From an uncultured virus (IMG/VR IMGVR_UViG_3300043446_000587) (Duplodnaviria; Heunggongvirae; Uroviricota; Caudoviricetes): a stretch of DNA of 64,000 bases. Under the pieces are notes generated by a model. It did not search any database, was not told the origin of the DNA, and worked only from the letters and a program-made list of their open reading frames with translations. Of the stretch, positions 47,283 to 58,211 are shown one piece after another. The DNA lies in IMG/VR virus record IMGVR_UViG_3300043446_000587; one strand, given 5' to 3'. The position numbers were made by a program, and so were the translations under genes. Position 1 is the first letter of the stretch, and every line of letters begins with the position of its first letter.

Positions 47283-47688
47283 CGCCAACGCATTAGTAGA
47301 AACCTATTTGACGATTCGCCGTGAACGTGAAAAACTCAAGGCAGAATACGAATTACAAGACTCAGAGTTGAAAGGAGACATGGAGAAAATTGAAGCAACC
47401 CTGCTATCAATCTGTAACGATCAAAATGTCAGCGGATTGAAAACTCCGCATGGCACAGTAACACGGTCAGTCAAAGAGCGATTCTTCTGTACTGACTGGG
47501 ACCACTTCAAAAAGTTTGTGGAAGCAGAAGGTTCAATCGACCTTCTAGAGCGCCGCATTCATCAGAAGAACTTCAAAGAATTCATGGCTGAGAGGCAAGG
47601 CGAAGGCTTACCTCCCGGCGTGAACGCTTTGCGTGAGTATGACATTACTGTACGCAAGGCATCAGCAACCAGTGAAACATCAGTTTAA
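47275..47688 (+). CDS. Conserved replication-module protein
   Basis: KT.HGTV...DWD.F...LLERRI...PPGV. Confidence 0.65.
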   Translation: MADANALVETYLTIRREREKLKAEYELQDSELKGDMEKIEATLLSICNDQNVSGLKTPHGTVTRSVKERFFCTDWDHFKKFVEAEGSIDLLERRIHQKNFKEFMAERQGEGLPPGVNALREYDITVRKASATSETSV

Positions 47689-47699
47689 GGAACAGTATT

Positions 47700-48557
47700 A
47701 TGGCAAACGAACTTGCTACCATTCTCGGCTCTAGCGCACTCGTCGAACTCGGTCTCGACGAAGACACCCTTGCAGTTGCAGGCGGTGCTACCAAAGGCAA
47801 CAAACGTATCTCTATTGAGGGCCGTGTGTTTCGCAAAATTGTTGGTGGTAAAGAGCAAAGCGTTAACACAGACAACGCAATGAACGTGGTCATCGTCAAG
47901 ATGGCACACGACGCATCGCGCACCTACTACAACCAGACCTACAAGAAGGGCATCAAACTGTCGCCTGCCTGCTGGTCGAACGACTCTAAGACACCTGACC
48001 CAGAGGTGAAGAACCCCTGCGCTTCATCATGCGCTGAGTGCCCACAGTCCGTCAAAGGCTCTGGTCAAGGCGGTCAGGGTACTGCATGCCGTCTGTCATG
48101 GCGCACTGCCGTGGTCTTGCCCAACGACCCCGAAGGTGATGTGTATCAGTTGGTGCTTCCCGCTACTTCCGCTTTCGGTAAAGAAGAAAACGGACGTTGG
48201 CCTTTCCGTCCATACATCCAGATGTTGGCAAACAACAATGTGTCTGCTGGGCGCGTTGTGACCAAGATGGAGTTCGACATTAACAGCCCCGTGCCTCGCT
48301 TGTTGTTCTCTCCAGTGGCGGCAGTGCCACCTGAGATGCGCGACGTTATCGCCCGTCAAGGCAAGAGTTCTTCCGCTGAAGCCGCTATCAAGCTGACCGT
48401 CTACAAGACCGATGCTCAAGGCGCAGAAGAAGCAGAAGCACCTGCTGAGAAGGCAATGGATGAAGTTGCACAACCAACCAAACGCGAGACTGCTAAACCC
48501 GCCGCCGCTAAAGCGGACGACGTGCAAGACGTGTTGAAGAAATGGACTAAGAAGTAA
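47700..48557 (+). CDS. Putative single-stranded DNA-binding protein
   Basis: RISI.G..F, CWSND..PD, C..CP....GS, AC and an acidic/disordered tail. Replication context. Confidence 0.65.
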   Translation: MANELATILGSSALVELGLDEDTLAVAGGATKGNKRISIEGRVFRKIVGGKEQSVNTDNAMNVVIVKMAHDASRTYYNQTYKKGIKLSPACWSNDSKTPDPEVKNPCASSCAECPQSVKGSGQGGQGTACRLSWRTAVVLPNDPEGDVYQLVLPATSAFGKEENGRWPFRPYIQMLANNNVSAGRVVTKMEFDINSPVPRLLFSPVAAVPPEMRDVIARQGKSSSAEAAIKLTVYKTDAQGAEEAEAPAEKAMDEVAQPTKRETAKPAAAKADDVQDVLKKWTKK

Positions 48558-48892
48558 TGGTCAGAACGTATAGCCCCGCACTCAGAGAAGCCGTGAAAGA
48601 CCCCGTGTCGTACAGACTAGGGGTTGACCTTGCAAACACGTGCATCAAAGCAAACTTGCCAGCGCTGTATGTGGCGCAGGTCTTTGACACATCACGGCAA
48701 ACCATTCACGCATGGTTCAGAGGCGGGGTTATACGCGCCAAGAAGCGCCCACGCATAGAAGTGTTTATCAGATTACTGGAGGAGGATTTGGAAAAAGGTG
48801 TCTTGCCATGCAAGAACCTTCGGGATGCAAAAGCTTACCTACGGGACATGATTGGTAAGCCAATCAAAAAAGCATCCAAAGCGTCGGACTAA
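48557..48892 (+). CDS. HTH DNA-binding protein
   Basis: VAQVFDTSRQTIHAWF.G. Confidence 0.7.
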   Translation: MVRTYSPALREAVKDPVSYRLGVDLANTCIKANLPALYVAQVFDTSRQTIHAWFRGGVIRAKKRPRIEVFIRLLEEDLEKGVLPCKNLRDAKAYLRDMIGKPIKKASKASD

Positions 48893-48908
48893 TTTAGTCT
48901 ATCTAAGG

Positions 48909-48933
48909 TGGCGGGGTCACCCCCGCCGTTTTT
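48909..48933 (+). terminator. Intrinsic terminator upstream of the primase-helicase
   Basis: GGCGGGG-TCAC-CCCCGCC followed by GTTTTT. Confidence 0.75.
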
Positions 48934-48945
48934 GTCTCTGCGAAC

Positions 48946-51819
48946 ATGAACCAACAATTTTTCGAGAAAGTATTGCCAACGCAGGGCAACATTTGTGTAG
49001 TAGGAATCAAGGGCGAGACAGTGCGCCCACGTTTCTTTGACAACATACCAGCCGCCATAACTCAGATGGAGGCGTTGGACAAAGATGATTTCAACACATT
49101 CTTTGCGCTAGGCACATTTGAGGGGATGAAACGCCGCGCTGATGCTTGCATCTTCATGCGTTCGTTCTTTGTGGATTTAGACTGTGGCGAAAACAAACCA
49201 TACCCCGCATGGGAAGATGGCTTGATCGCATTGATGCAGTTTGTATCTGAACAAGAACTGCCACCCCCTGTCATCGTCAACTCTGGGCGCGGTATCCACG
49301 CATACTGGCCCTTTACCGAAGAAGTACCTGCAACGGTGTGGAAGCCGTACGCAGAAAAATTCAAGCAATTCTGTCTCGATAGTGGCCTACACATCGACGA
49401 GTCAGTAACAGCAGACGCCGCACGTATCTTGCGTTCACCCGGTTCTCGTAACCTCAAGGGTGAGCCATTGCCTGTTGAAGTCATTAACGACGCCGACCCC
49501 ACAGTGTTTGATGTTTGGGTTGAGATGCTTGGCGAAGTCGAGAAGCCGTTTGATTTGTCTGATGTTGCAGGTGGCCTCGACGAAGATACCAAAGCCATAT
49601 ATGAAAAACTCAGCGGCAACTTTGAATACAACTTCAACAAGATTGCTGTTGACAGCTTGGAAGGAAACGGCTGTGCTCAGATTAAATTCATCCTCGAAAA
49701 CGCAGACAGTTGTCCGGAGCCACTCTGGTACGCTGGAATTTCTGTCGCCATTAGGTGTGTTGATGGCGCTTCAGCCATACATGCAATGTCGGAAGGACAC
49801 CCAAACTACGACGAAGCGGAAACGGAGCGGAAAGCCGCGCAATCATTACGAGAAGCGAAGTGGTCACATAGCTGTGACGCATTCGAACGAGAGAACTCAA
49901 TCAACTGCCAAGGTTGCCCACACCGCACCCGCCTCGGAAAAGTTGGGCCTATCGGACTTGGCAAAGTCCTTAAAACCGTGGCAGACAGCCCTGCCACTGA
50001 CGGAGGAACAGATGGAACAGTTAACTATGAAGTACAAGATGAAGCGGAATCAGTTCGGGACGACCCGCCTGCCAAAACGATACAGTTCCCCGATTACCTC
50101 AAACCCTTCTCAAGAGGAGTCAACGGAGGCATCTACTGGACACCCCCACTCCGATCAACCAAAAAAGGAATGGTCCAAGACCCAGACGAGCTGATTATCC
50201 CGTTCACGGTCTATCCGATTGAGCGCATGGAGAACCCACTTGAGGGCGCTTGCATGCTGATGCAGGTTGAATTGCCGCTTGACGGTAACAAAGAGTTCAT
50301 CATCAAGATGCGTGACGTTGGTGCGATTGACCGACTCAAGAACATCTTGGCAGATAACAGTATTCCGTATGAGCCTACTAACGCACCGAAGATAGCTAGC
50401 TATCTGATGAAGTGGGCGACATTCTTAACCAATGCAAAGAGAGCGAGTCTTATGCGTATGCAACAAGGTTGGACCGACGACAAGTATGAATCGTTTGTGC
50501 TCGGTCAAAACGAATACTTCCGCAACGGTGAAATCCGTCACACGCCACCCACAATCCGTTCGCGCAACGTTGTGCGTAACATCCATACAAGCGGGACGCT
50601 TGAAGGTTGGCAGAAGTCTATCAATATGTTTGGCGACCCCGGCTACGAGTGGCATGCGTTTGCAGTGCTGTGCGGCATGGCATCCCCTCTGATTGAATTC
50701 ACCAACGTCAACGGTGTGATTCTGTCTTTGTATGGCGAAACAGGCTTTGGTAAAACGGGCGCACTGTATGGTGGCTTGAGCATCTGGGGACACCCCGAAC
50801 GCTTGGCTGTGTACGACGCCACATCCAACGCGCTTATTGGGCGCATGATTACCTGCAAGAATATTCTTTACGGCTTGGACGAGCAGGGCAACCGTGATGG
50901 GCACACCATCTCGCACATCGCACACAACATCTCATCAGGGCAACCCAAACTGCGCATGTCTGGTTCAGATAACTCTGAGCGCGATGTGGCGTTCGTGACC
51001 AAGTTGCTTGCGATCATGACGACCAACCACCGTATGAAAGACATCATGTCTACATACAAGGGCGATACCAAAGCGGAAGAGATGCGGGTGCTTGAACCCA
51101 ACTTGCGCCGCCCAAATCAGGCTGGCTATGAACTCACAGACGAGCGCGGATACGAGATGTTTGAAATGCTCAAGATGAACTACGGACACGCAGGTCCAAT
51201 CCTCATTCAAGAGTACCTGCGTATCGGCCCCGTAAAACTCAAAAACGAAATTAAGACACGGTATCTTCAGACAGGCGACAGATTCTCCAACAGCGCCGAG
51301 TACCGCTTCCTATCAAACTTAAGAACGGTGACTGCCTATGCAGGAGAGATTGCCTCAAATCTTGGACTCATTAACTGGGACTTGGACAGAGTTTTTAGCG
51401 TCATCGACCACGACCTTGAAAACATCATCGCTGGAAAAGCTGACGATGAAAACGACCGTGCGGAAAACATCCTTGGTGACTTTATTAGTAAAAACATTCA
51501 AAACGCATTGGTACTCAAAGACTTCAAAGTTGTGATCGAACCGAAGCAAGCGTTGAACATCCGTGCCGAAGTGGACGAAGGCGAGATGTGGATTTCCACC
51601 TCGGCTATGAAAGAGCATCTCAAGTTGCAACGTCTGAGTGTTAGCTGGTTTGAAGAGCAACTGCACAAGCGTGGCATGCTGAAATGCAAAGAGCGCAAGC
51701 AGATGGCGGCAGGCTGGAAGTCAGGTCTTGGGCACACCAACATGCAGGCGTACAAACTCAACATGAAGATTGACCACCTGTTCAAGCATGACGAAACCGA
51801 AACAGATCAGACCGCTTGA
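48946..51819 (+). CDS. Primase-helicase (AEP/RepB-like primase + DUF927-type helicase)
   Basis: FVDLD, SGRGIHAYW, RILR.PG, a Cys cluster, Walker A GETGFGKT and Walker B LDE. Confidence 0.85.
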   Translation: MNQQFFEKVLPTQGNICVVGIKGETVRPRFFDNIPAAITQMEALDKDDFNTFFALGTFEGMKRRADACIFMRSFFVDLDCGENKPYPAWEDGLIALMQFVSEQELPPPVIVNSGRGIHAYWPFTEEVPATVWKPYAEKFKQFCLDSGLHIDESVTADAARILRSPGSRNLKGEPLPVEVINDADPTVFDVWVEMLGEVEKPFDLSDVAGGLDEDTKAIYEKLSGNFEYNFNKIAVDSLEGNGCAQIKFILENADSCPEPLWYAGISVAIRCVDGASAIHAMSEGHPNYDEAETERKAAQSLREAKWSHSCDAFERENSINCQGCPHRTRLGKVGPIGLGKVLKTVADSPATDGGTDGTVNYEVQDEAESVRDDPPAKTIQFPDYLKPFSRGVNGGIYWTPPLRSTKKGMVQDPDELIIPFTVYPIERMENPLEGACMLMQVELPLDGNKEFIIKMRDVGAIDRLKNILADNSIPYEPTNAPKIASYLMKWATFLTNAKRASLMRMQQGWTDDKYESFVLGQNEYFRNGEIRHTPPTIRSRNVVRNIHTSGTLEGWQKSINMFGDPGYEWHAFAVLCGMASPLIEFTNVNGVILSLYGETGFGKTGALYGGLSIWGHPERLAVYDATSNALIGRMITCKNILYGLDEQGNRDGHTISHIAHNISSGQPKLRMSGSDNSERDVAFVTKLLAIMTTNHRMKDIMSTYKGDTKAEEMRVLEPNLRRPNQAGYELTDERGYEMFEMLKMNYGHAGPILIQEYLRIGPVKLKNEIKTRYLQTGDRFSNSAEYRFLSNLRTVTAYAGEIASNLGLINWDLDRVFSVIDHDLENIIAGKADDENDRAENILGDFISKNIQNALVLKDFKVVIEPKQALNIRAEVDEGEMWISTSAMKEHLKLQRLSVSWFEEQLHKRGMLKCKERKQMAAGWKSGLGHTNMQAYKLNMKIDHLFKHDETETDQTA

Positions 51820-52006
51820 TGAGCCGTTGTGGGATTTGCCATACGAGGTGATGGAAGTTGGCGACAGCTTCTTTATACCGACTCTGAAGCCCGCATACTT
51901 AACGTATGTGATTGATACGACCTCCAAAAAGGCTGGCTACAAGGTCAAGGTGTTTACCGTGACTGAGAAGGGCCTTCTTGGGGTTCGTGCTTGGCGGGTT
52001 GGTTAA
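51788..52006 (+). CDS. Small DNA-binding-like protein
   Basis: PY..MEVGDSFFIP...GVRAWR. Last gene of the plus arm. Confidence 0.6.
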   Translation: MTKPKQIRPLDEPLWDLPYEVMEVGDSFFIPTLKPAYLTYVIDTTSKKAGYKVKVFTVTEKGLLGVRAWRVG

Positions 52007-55000
52007 GGCTTCATTCCGAAGTCTTCTTTGAACGTCAAGAGCAGGTCGCGTTTGATTGCGTTCTGGTAAAGCATCAACTCGTCGATCTGCTCCTTGCGTT
52101 CGCGTGGCGTAATCTCGTCACTAGGCATAGCGCGCACCTCGTTGAGCTGTTGGCGCACCTTACGCAAGCCACGGTTGATCTGCTTGTTGTAATACTTCAC
52201 AATGTCAGCTTCATCCGGATTGTTAGACACATACTCGTCGTACATGTCTGGGCGGCTTTCCTTCATCGTGTTGAGCTTCTGTTCGATGCCCTTGATACGA
52301 TCTTCCACCCGTGCAAATTCACGCGCATCAATGTTGGACTTAGCACCAACGAATCCACGCACAAACGGCACTTCGTTGCGTACATCGAAGTCTTTGCCAC
52401 CACCCATGACCTGAGTCAAGCCGTAGCCCATCGAGGCAATCTGAGCCATACCGTCGATATAGTTACTAGCCAAGAACATCATGGTGTTCGGGTTCATGTC
52501 CACCGAGCCGTTGGTAATATCAAACAGCAAGCGCGCAGCATCCTTGTACATGCTTGGTGTGCTATCACTGCCCATGTAGGCGTCACCGTAGCGTGACTGA
52601 CGGTCGTTGTAGATAGAGCGGCCCAGACCATCGAGGTTCATCACAAACTCAAACAGCGGACGAGTCAACGATGGGTTCAGCGTGTCAGCGATAAAGGGCA
52701 GTGGCTTCTCAAACATGTTGATCTTGGAAATGGGCAACGGCAGATAGTTGTCCATCATGATCTGGCGGATGTTGTCGAAGTTGGTTGCCAGAGAGTCCCG
52801 ACCCATAGTCATAGCTGCCATCTGTGCGCCAATAGCCGCAAACGCGCCGTGACCGAAGCCCCAACGAATCTGGATTGGGTTATCAGACCAAGGCACAAAG
52901 AACCGTGCGTTGCGGGTCCAGCGCGCTGTGTCGTCGATAGCAACCTTGTTGCGGCCTTCTTCATCGTCACCAGCCATCATGTATGACATGTAGTACATCA
53001 TCATGCCCATGCCGACCAGACTCATAATCATGTGACGGGCATTCTCAGCTTCACGCTTGAGCTGCTTAAGCGCCTCATCAGTACGGCGGCTGACTTCAGC
53101 ATCAGTCAAATTCTTGTCGCTGTTACGCAGGAACTGACCGTACTCTGCGCGGAACATCTCTTCACGCTCCTTGATGATTCCCTTGCCGGGAAGTAACGTG
53201 CCACTCACGCCGTACAGACGCAAGGCAGGCATGATCGCTTCAATCGCACGATACGCACCAGTAGCCGCAGGACGGAAGAACATGAACAGCGCACCCGCTG
53301 CCTTGCCCCATTCACCAGTCTGCTCAAAGTTAGCCAAGTTTTTAGTCTCGGCAGCGGCTTTCACTTTTGCGTCAGCCAGAGCTTCAGCATCGGATTTGAA
53401 CCGTCCGCTCTTCTTGTTTTCAGCGAAGTATTGAGAACGCAAGGCGCGATACGCCCCGACGCGGCTGGAGAGTTCCAGCGTGTCGTTATACATGTCTACA
53501 TAGTTGTCAACGAACTCTTTGGCACGAGTGCCCTTGCCACGGTTCAAGTCACGCGACAGTTGTTCTTCGGCGCCACGGGCAGACACGGCTTGCAGGTATG
53601 ACACCTTGCCACCCATATCCACATACTCTTTCAGGTCGCGGTAGTACTGCTGTTCTTTTGTAAGCTGGTCGTAGGGTTTGGTCCCACCAGCCAAGCGGTT
53701 CAATTCTGCGTTGTTACCTTTACCAGACAAGTACGCAAACTTAGCCGACTTAGCAATACCGCCGTTGAAGAAGATGTCATCAGCAGTTTGACGAATCAAC
53801 TGGAAAGACTTGCTTGGGCCGTACTTAGCACCAAGGTTCCATGCGTTGGTCAGCAAGTCAGTCAAGAAGTTCACTGGACCGAACGCAGGGTTGTAGCGAG
53901 TGTGGGTCTGACCCATCAAGCTGGTGTAGCGGTCAAGCGTGTCGATGATTGGGTTTGCTGTGCGATATGTACGACGGATAGCCTCTGCCTCCGCAGCGGA
54001 GGTCAGGTTGATAACCGCGATGCGTCCATCTGGCTCATAGTGGAAGATTTTGCCGGGACCAGCAAGGTCAGCCTTTTCCACGTTGTCGATGTAGCGGTCA
54101 CGGAAGTCAATGTACTTGATCTCACCCTTCAGGATGCCAGACTCGACGGCGTTCTTAATAGCCAGCGTCAGGTCAGAGCGACCAGCGCGCAGCGCAGAGC
54201 CACTTGCATCAGCCATCACTTGCAAGATAGGGTTTTCAGATTCAGACTTACGACCCTCAAACGCATTGGTCATGTCTTGGAACTCACCGCCGATCAAACG
54301 AGAACCCATATCCAATTGATCGTCGATTGTGCGCTGGCCCTTGCGACCTTTGAAGGGGATATAGTTTTTATACCCGTAGAACTTGGAAATATTCTCAACA
54401 GGCTGCGACCAATAGTTGGCCTCTTGGTTGAGGTCCTTGGTCTGGTCCATGACTTTGCTCAAAGACTTCCATACGGCATCAATTTCTTTCTGGAGCTCTG
54501 GACGGTCAAACTGTCTGCGAATGTCAGCAATCTCATCCGCGCTACGACCCTCTGCGCTCACGCCGTCACCGATGACGCTGTAGTTGGCGTTGTTCACATC
54601 GTATGTCTCGTCGTTTGTTTTGGGCGCGCGCATGTCTGGATTGTTCTTGGCGTCGTTGACCACGGTCTCAAGTGCCGTACGCAGCTGCGCGATGGTCTTG
54701 GCATCGTATTTTTTATTCTCTGCCAATAGACTCTTGATCTCGCGACGCAACGCTTCGGCGCTGTAGGTCTTGCCCTTGTACTCATCACCCATGATGCTGT
54801 CCAGACGATACACCTTGCGGGTGTCATCCAGCGGAACACTGAACAAGAACTTCACCATACGACGCTCAGGCTCGTGGCGAGCTTCCATAATCAAGTGCAG
54901 TTCTGCGAGCGCATCGTTAACAGAGATGCCACGCTTCTCGGCGTAAGCACCAATGTCGCCCTCCAGCGCCTCGGTCAGATAGCGCATGCGGGAGTTGAAG

Positions 55001-58000
55001 AGGTTCACACCCCTGCCGATGGCGAATGTAAGCTGGTCGTAAACGTTGTTCAGTTTGGGGCCAAGGCGCTCAACCATGCCTAGACGGTCAGCAACCTGCT
55101 GGATACGGCGAATACCTTCTCGGCTGTTTGCAAACTTGCGCACCATAAGGTTGTAGCCCTCGTACGACATCAAGTTCTTAATCAGCGACTTAGCACCGCG
55201 CTCTTTAATCTGCACCTGCTTCTTGTAACCTTCACGGCGTTGGTCTGACGACTGGGTTGGCATGACAGGCGCAGCCATAGTTGACCCCAGAGGAGCCATG
55301 TCGATACCACCTTTGGGCGCAGACACAACATAGTCAAACGCTTGGAAGGCTTCCAACAGAGCGGACGTACCGCCTTGGAACTTAGCAATGTCAACGCCTA
55401 GCAACTCAGCAATGCTACGGACAAAGTTTCTCCATGCGCTAACTTCTCCGGGGACCAGAGAGTCTTCACGTGGGATGGCAATGTTATTGAGTTCAGTCTG
55501 GAATGCCTCGTTGGTCATCGCCTCGCTCAAGAACTCATACACGTTTGTGTAGGCATCTGGGAACTTTTCGCCAAGCTTGTTCTTGGTGATGTTCATCAGG
55601 TATGTGAGGTGCTCCGCCGCATCTTCTTGTTTGTCGGACAGCTTGTTTTGTGCCTTGGTGTAATCGTTGAGCACCTTGACAGACGCAGCGTGAACCAGCT
55701 CGTGCAACATGGTGCGCTCAGTCTTGCCAGCCTCAGTGACACGAATCACATCTGCCTTGGGGTCGTACTCTGCCACGCGTCCGTCTGGGAGCGATCTGAC
55801 AAACTCTAATTTAGTATTCAGCTTGAGCTGACCAATACGCTTAGCCACCTCTCTCAGAATAGGAGAGACATTCTTTGATGTCTTGAGATAGTTGAGCGCT
55901 GCTAGCAGATTGCCATTCTCGACTTGTTTCTTGATCTGGTTTGGCAGCTCGGCTTCTTTGACCTTGGACTCAGGCTTGCCGTGGACTTCATCCGCAATAG
56001 CAGCCGCCGCTGCGTCAAACGACTCAGCGCTACCGTCCTTGGTCATCTCAACCACCCGTGCTTGTTGGGCGGGGGTCAGTTCACCAAACGCAGGGACTTG
56101 GCGTTTAGCGTTGTCAGCCTGCTCGTTGTGGTACTCGCGTGACGCTTCAAACTCGTCGATGAAGTCTTGGCTGACTTCTGGCGCGGCTTGTTCTTCTACT
56201 GCTGGGGCAGTTTGTCCTTGCAGTGCGGCTTTTACGCGCTCAAACAGCGCCTTGTATTCTTCTGTATTGGTTACAGGAGCTGTACCTAGAGCGTTGTAAA
56301 GGTTGTCGCCAAGGTTCTTTTTGATAGTTTCTTCAGGCGTGTCTTTAGCATTCCAGTACGGAACACCATTACCGTCAAAACCTATGCTCAGTACCTTTTC
56401 TTTGCCTTTGCTATTCAGGAGGCGCAGCGCAATGTTTTGCGCTTGTTCTTGGTCAATAAGCTCAGTGACTCGTGTTTTACCGTTTGCTAGCGTAGTATCC
56501 ATTTTGTGATGGATAAACCCAGACTTGTCCTGCCATGAATTTTCATCTTCAGGCGCATTTGGATTTGGACGCCAATAGTTTTCTGGCTTTGTTGCATCAG
56601 TAGACGGTGGAGGCGCAGAAAAGTCAGGGACGTCTGTAAGCTCTTCTACTGGAGCGGGTGTGATTCCTTTTCCTTTAGTAGCACCTGCAACATTCGGTCC
56701 AGTAGATACCACTCCAGTTCCGTCAGATGGTTGAGGTCCTCCGGCGGGGGGTGCAACATCACTGGCTGGTGCAGGTACGACAGCGCCTTCTCCACCTGCT
56801 GTGGTGTCAGTTTGTCCAACATTTGGTGCTCCTTGCGTTTTAGAGAGCGCAAACTCATATAGGCGTACCTGTTCCTTTTTGCGTGCAATCTTTTTAAGAA
56901 TATCTTCTGGCGGCTTTGTACCGCTATCGAGATAAGTGTTTACTTGCCCTTCCAGTGAAGACAATTCTTTTTTTAATTTTTCACTTTTGGCAGCAACGCT
57001 TTTGACTACATCAGGCGTGGCTTTACCTTCGGCAACAGCTACTAGCGTGTTGAACTGGTTAAAGTTGGTTTCAGCAATCTTGACGTGCGTACCCTTTTGG
57101 CCCTTTTCCAAGAAAGTGCCAAGCTTCTTTTCCGCCGCATCGCGCAAGTCATACAGTTCACCCATCGGGGTAGCTTCTGCACGGATGTCAGGCGCTGTTT
57201 CACGTGGAACTTCTGCCGCAGTTGTTTCACCAGCAAGAATCTTGGCGAACTCTGTTTGGTCTGGAGCCTCGGGCTGTGCGCCCAACATGACGTCCTCTGC
57301 CTGTGCACGCTCTTGCCCACGCTCTACGAAACGACCGGGAACGCCCAACGCGCCACCAAGCACCGCGCCGCCGATAAAGTTTTCCAAATACTCTTTGCGT
57401 GCGGCTTCGTCAGTAATATTCAGGCCAGCTTGCAAGCGTTCAAACACCTGCTGCGCGGCTTCAGTTGTACCTTCAATACCAGCGGTCTTGCCAGTTTTGA
57501 GGGTGTAGTCCACCACAGTATCTTTAAGAGTACGCTCAAGAATCTGCTTGGCTTGCGCTTCAGTCAACTTCTCGCCAACAGAGCCAAACAGTTTGCCCAG
57601 ACCGGGGACCATACGCAATGACAGTGTGTCTAGGGCCGCTTGAGGGATAGACGCTAGCACGGCGTTACCAAGGTCAGTCTCAGACAGACGCTTGCCTTCT
57701 TGTATCTGACGAGACAAGTTTGAGCCAGTAAATTGTGCAGCGGACGCCAGACCAGTAGCGCCAAGCGTAGCCAGACCAGCGGGAGCAACAGCAGCGGCGG
57801 CAACAGGAGCGGCAATATAGGGCAGTGAACCACCAGCCAGCTCTTTGAACTTGGTCCAAGGTGCTTCATCCCAACCTTCTTCGGTAGGCTTGAATGTGCG
57901 TTTTTGGTATTCCTCTTGCTCGGCGCGAATCTGCTCGGCTTTCTCTGGAGAGATGATGCCAGTTCTACCTGCTAGGGTAGCAAGGTCCTCGTACGCACCA

Positions 58001-58197
58001 GACGCACCAGCTTTTAAAGCGGGAATAAAACCCGACTCGCCTTGCGGTTCGACTGGTTTAGGCGGCGCAAAATCAAGCGGCTCCATAGCGCTGAAGTGCG
58101 CCATCGCCAAGTTACGCAGGGACGTTTTACTTAATCCCTTGGGAGCCTCCAGATCGTAAACCTTGCCGTCTGGACCTCTTACGGTGTACGTTGCCAT
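52003..58197 (-). CDS. Giant polyvalent internal virion / ejection protein
   Basis: 2064 aa with a zincin-like HELVH...EFLSEA motif and an LPD38-like helical C-terminus. Confidence 0.7.
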   Translation of the reverse strand: MATYTVRGPDGKVYDLEAPKGLSKTSLRNLAMAHFSAMEPLDFAPPKPVEPQGESGFIPALKAGASGAYEDLATLAGRTGIISPEKAEQIRAEQEEYQKRTFKPTEEGWDEAPWTKFKELAGGSLPYIAAPVAAAAVAPAGLATLGATGLASAAQFTGSNLSRQIQEGKRLSETDLGNAVLASIPQAALDTLSLRMVPGLGKLFGSVGEKLTEAQAKQILERTLKDTVVDYTLKTGKTAGIEGTTEAAQQVFERLQAGLNITDEAARKEYLENFIGGAVLGGALGVPGRFVERGQERAQAEDVMLGAQPEAPDQTEFAKILAGETTAAEVPRETAPDIRAEATPMGELYDLRDAAEKKLGTFLEKGQKGTHVKIAETNFNQFNTLVAVAEGKATPDVVKSVAAKSEKLKKELSSLEGQVNTYLDSGTKPPEDILKKIARKKEQVRLYEFALSKTQGAPNVGQTDTTAGGEGAVVPAPASDVAPPAGGPQPSDGTGVVSTGPNVAGATKGKGITPAPVEELTDVPDFSAPPPSTDATKPENYWRPNPNAPEDENSWQDKSGFIHHKMDTTLANGKTRVTELIDQEQAQNIALRLLNSKGKEKVLSIGFDGNGVPYWNAKDTPEETIKKNLGDNLYNALGTAPVTNTEEYKALFERVKAALQGQTAPAVEEQAAPEVSQDFIDEFEASREYHNEQADNAKRQVPAFGELTPAQQARVVEMTKDGSAESFDAAAAAIADEVHGKPESKVKEAELPNQIKKQVENGNLLAALNYLKTSKNVSPILREVAKRIGQLKLNTKLEFVRSLPDGRVAEYDPKADVIRVTEAGKTERTMLHELVHAASVKVLNDYTKAQNKLSDKQEDAAEHLTYLMNITKNKLGEKFPDAYTNVYEFLSEAMTNEAFQTELNNIAIPREDSLVPGEVSAWRNFVRSIAELLGVDIAKFQGGTSALLEAFQAFDYVVSAPKGGIDMAPLGSTMAAPVMPTQSSDQRREGYKKQVQIKERGAKSLIKNLMSYEGYNLMVRKFANSREGIRRIQQVADRLGMVERLGPKLNNVYDQLTFAIGRGVNLFNSRMRYLTEALEGDIGAYAEKRGISVNDALAELHLIMEARHEPERRMVKFLFSVPLDDTRKVYRLDSIMGDEYKGKTYSAEALRREIKSLLAENKKYDAKTIAQLRTALETVVNDAKNNPDMRAPKTNDETYDVNNANYSVIGDGVSAEGRSADEIADIRRQFDRPELQKEIDAVWKSLSKVMDQTKDLNQEANYWSQPVENISKFYGYKNYIPFKGRKGQRTIDDQLDMGSRLIGGEFQDMTNAFEGRKSESENPILQVMADASGSALRAGRSDLTLAIKNAVESGILKGEIKYIDFRDRYIDNVEKADLAGPGKIFHYEPDGRIAVINLTSAAEAEAIRRTYRTANPIIDTLDRYTSLMGQTHTRYNPAFGPVNFLTDLLTNAWNLGAKYGPSKSFQLIRQTADDIFFNGGIAKSAKFAYLSGKGNNAELNRLAGGTKPYDQLTKEQQYYRDLKEYVDMGGKVSYLQAVSARGAEEQLSRDLNRGKGTRAKEFVDNYVDMYNDTLELSSRVGAYRALRSQYFAENKKSGRFKSDAEALADAKVKAAAETKNLANFEQTGEWGKAAGALFMFFRPAATGAYRAIEAIMPALRLYGVSGTLLPGKGIIKEREEMFRAEYGQFLRNSDKNLTDAEVSRRTDEALKQLKREAENARHMIMSLVGMGMMMYYMSYMMAGDDEEGRNKVAIDDTARWTRNARFFVPWSDNPIQIRWGFGHGAFAAIGAQMAAMTMGRDSLATNFDNIRQIMMDNYLPLPISKINMFEKPLPFIADTLNPSLTRPLFEFVMNLDGLGRSIYNDRQSRYGDAYMGSDSTPSMYKDAARLLFDITNGSVDMNPNTMMFLASNYIDGMAQIASMGYGLTQVMGGGKDFDVRNEVPFVRGFVGAKSNIDAREFARVEDRIKGIEQKLNTMKESRPDMYDEYVSNNPDEADIVKYYNKQINRGLRKVRQQLNEVRAMPSDEITPRERKEQIDELMLYQNAIKRDLLLTFKEDFGMKP

Positions 58198-58211
58198 ACT
58201 TGGTTTCCTTT

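Noticed and set aside
53788..54729. Long plus-strand ORF (313 aa) and similar antisense ORFs (9041..9844, 17253..18032, 23044..23826)
   Set aside because: They are antisense to well-supported genes and have no RBS or recognisable motifs.
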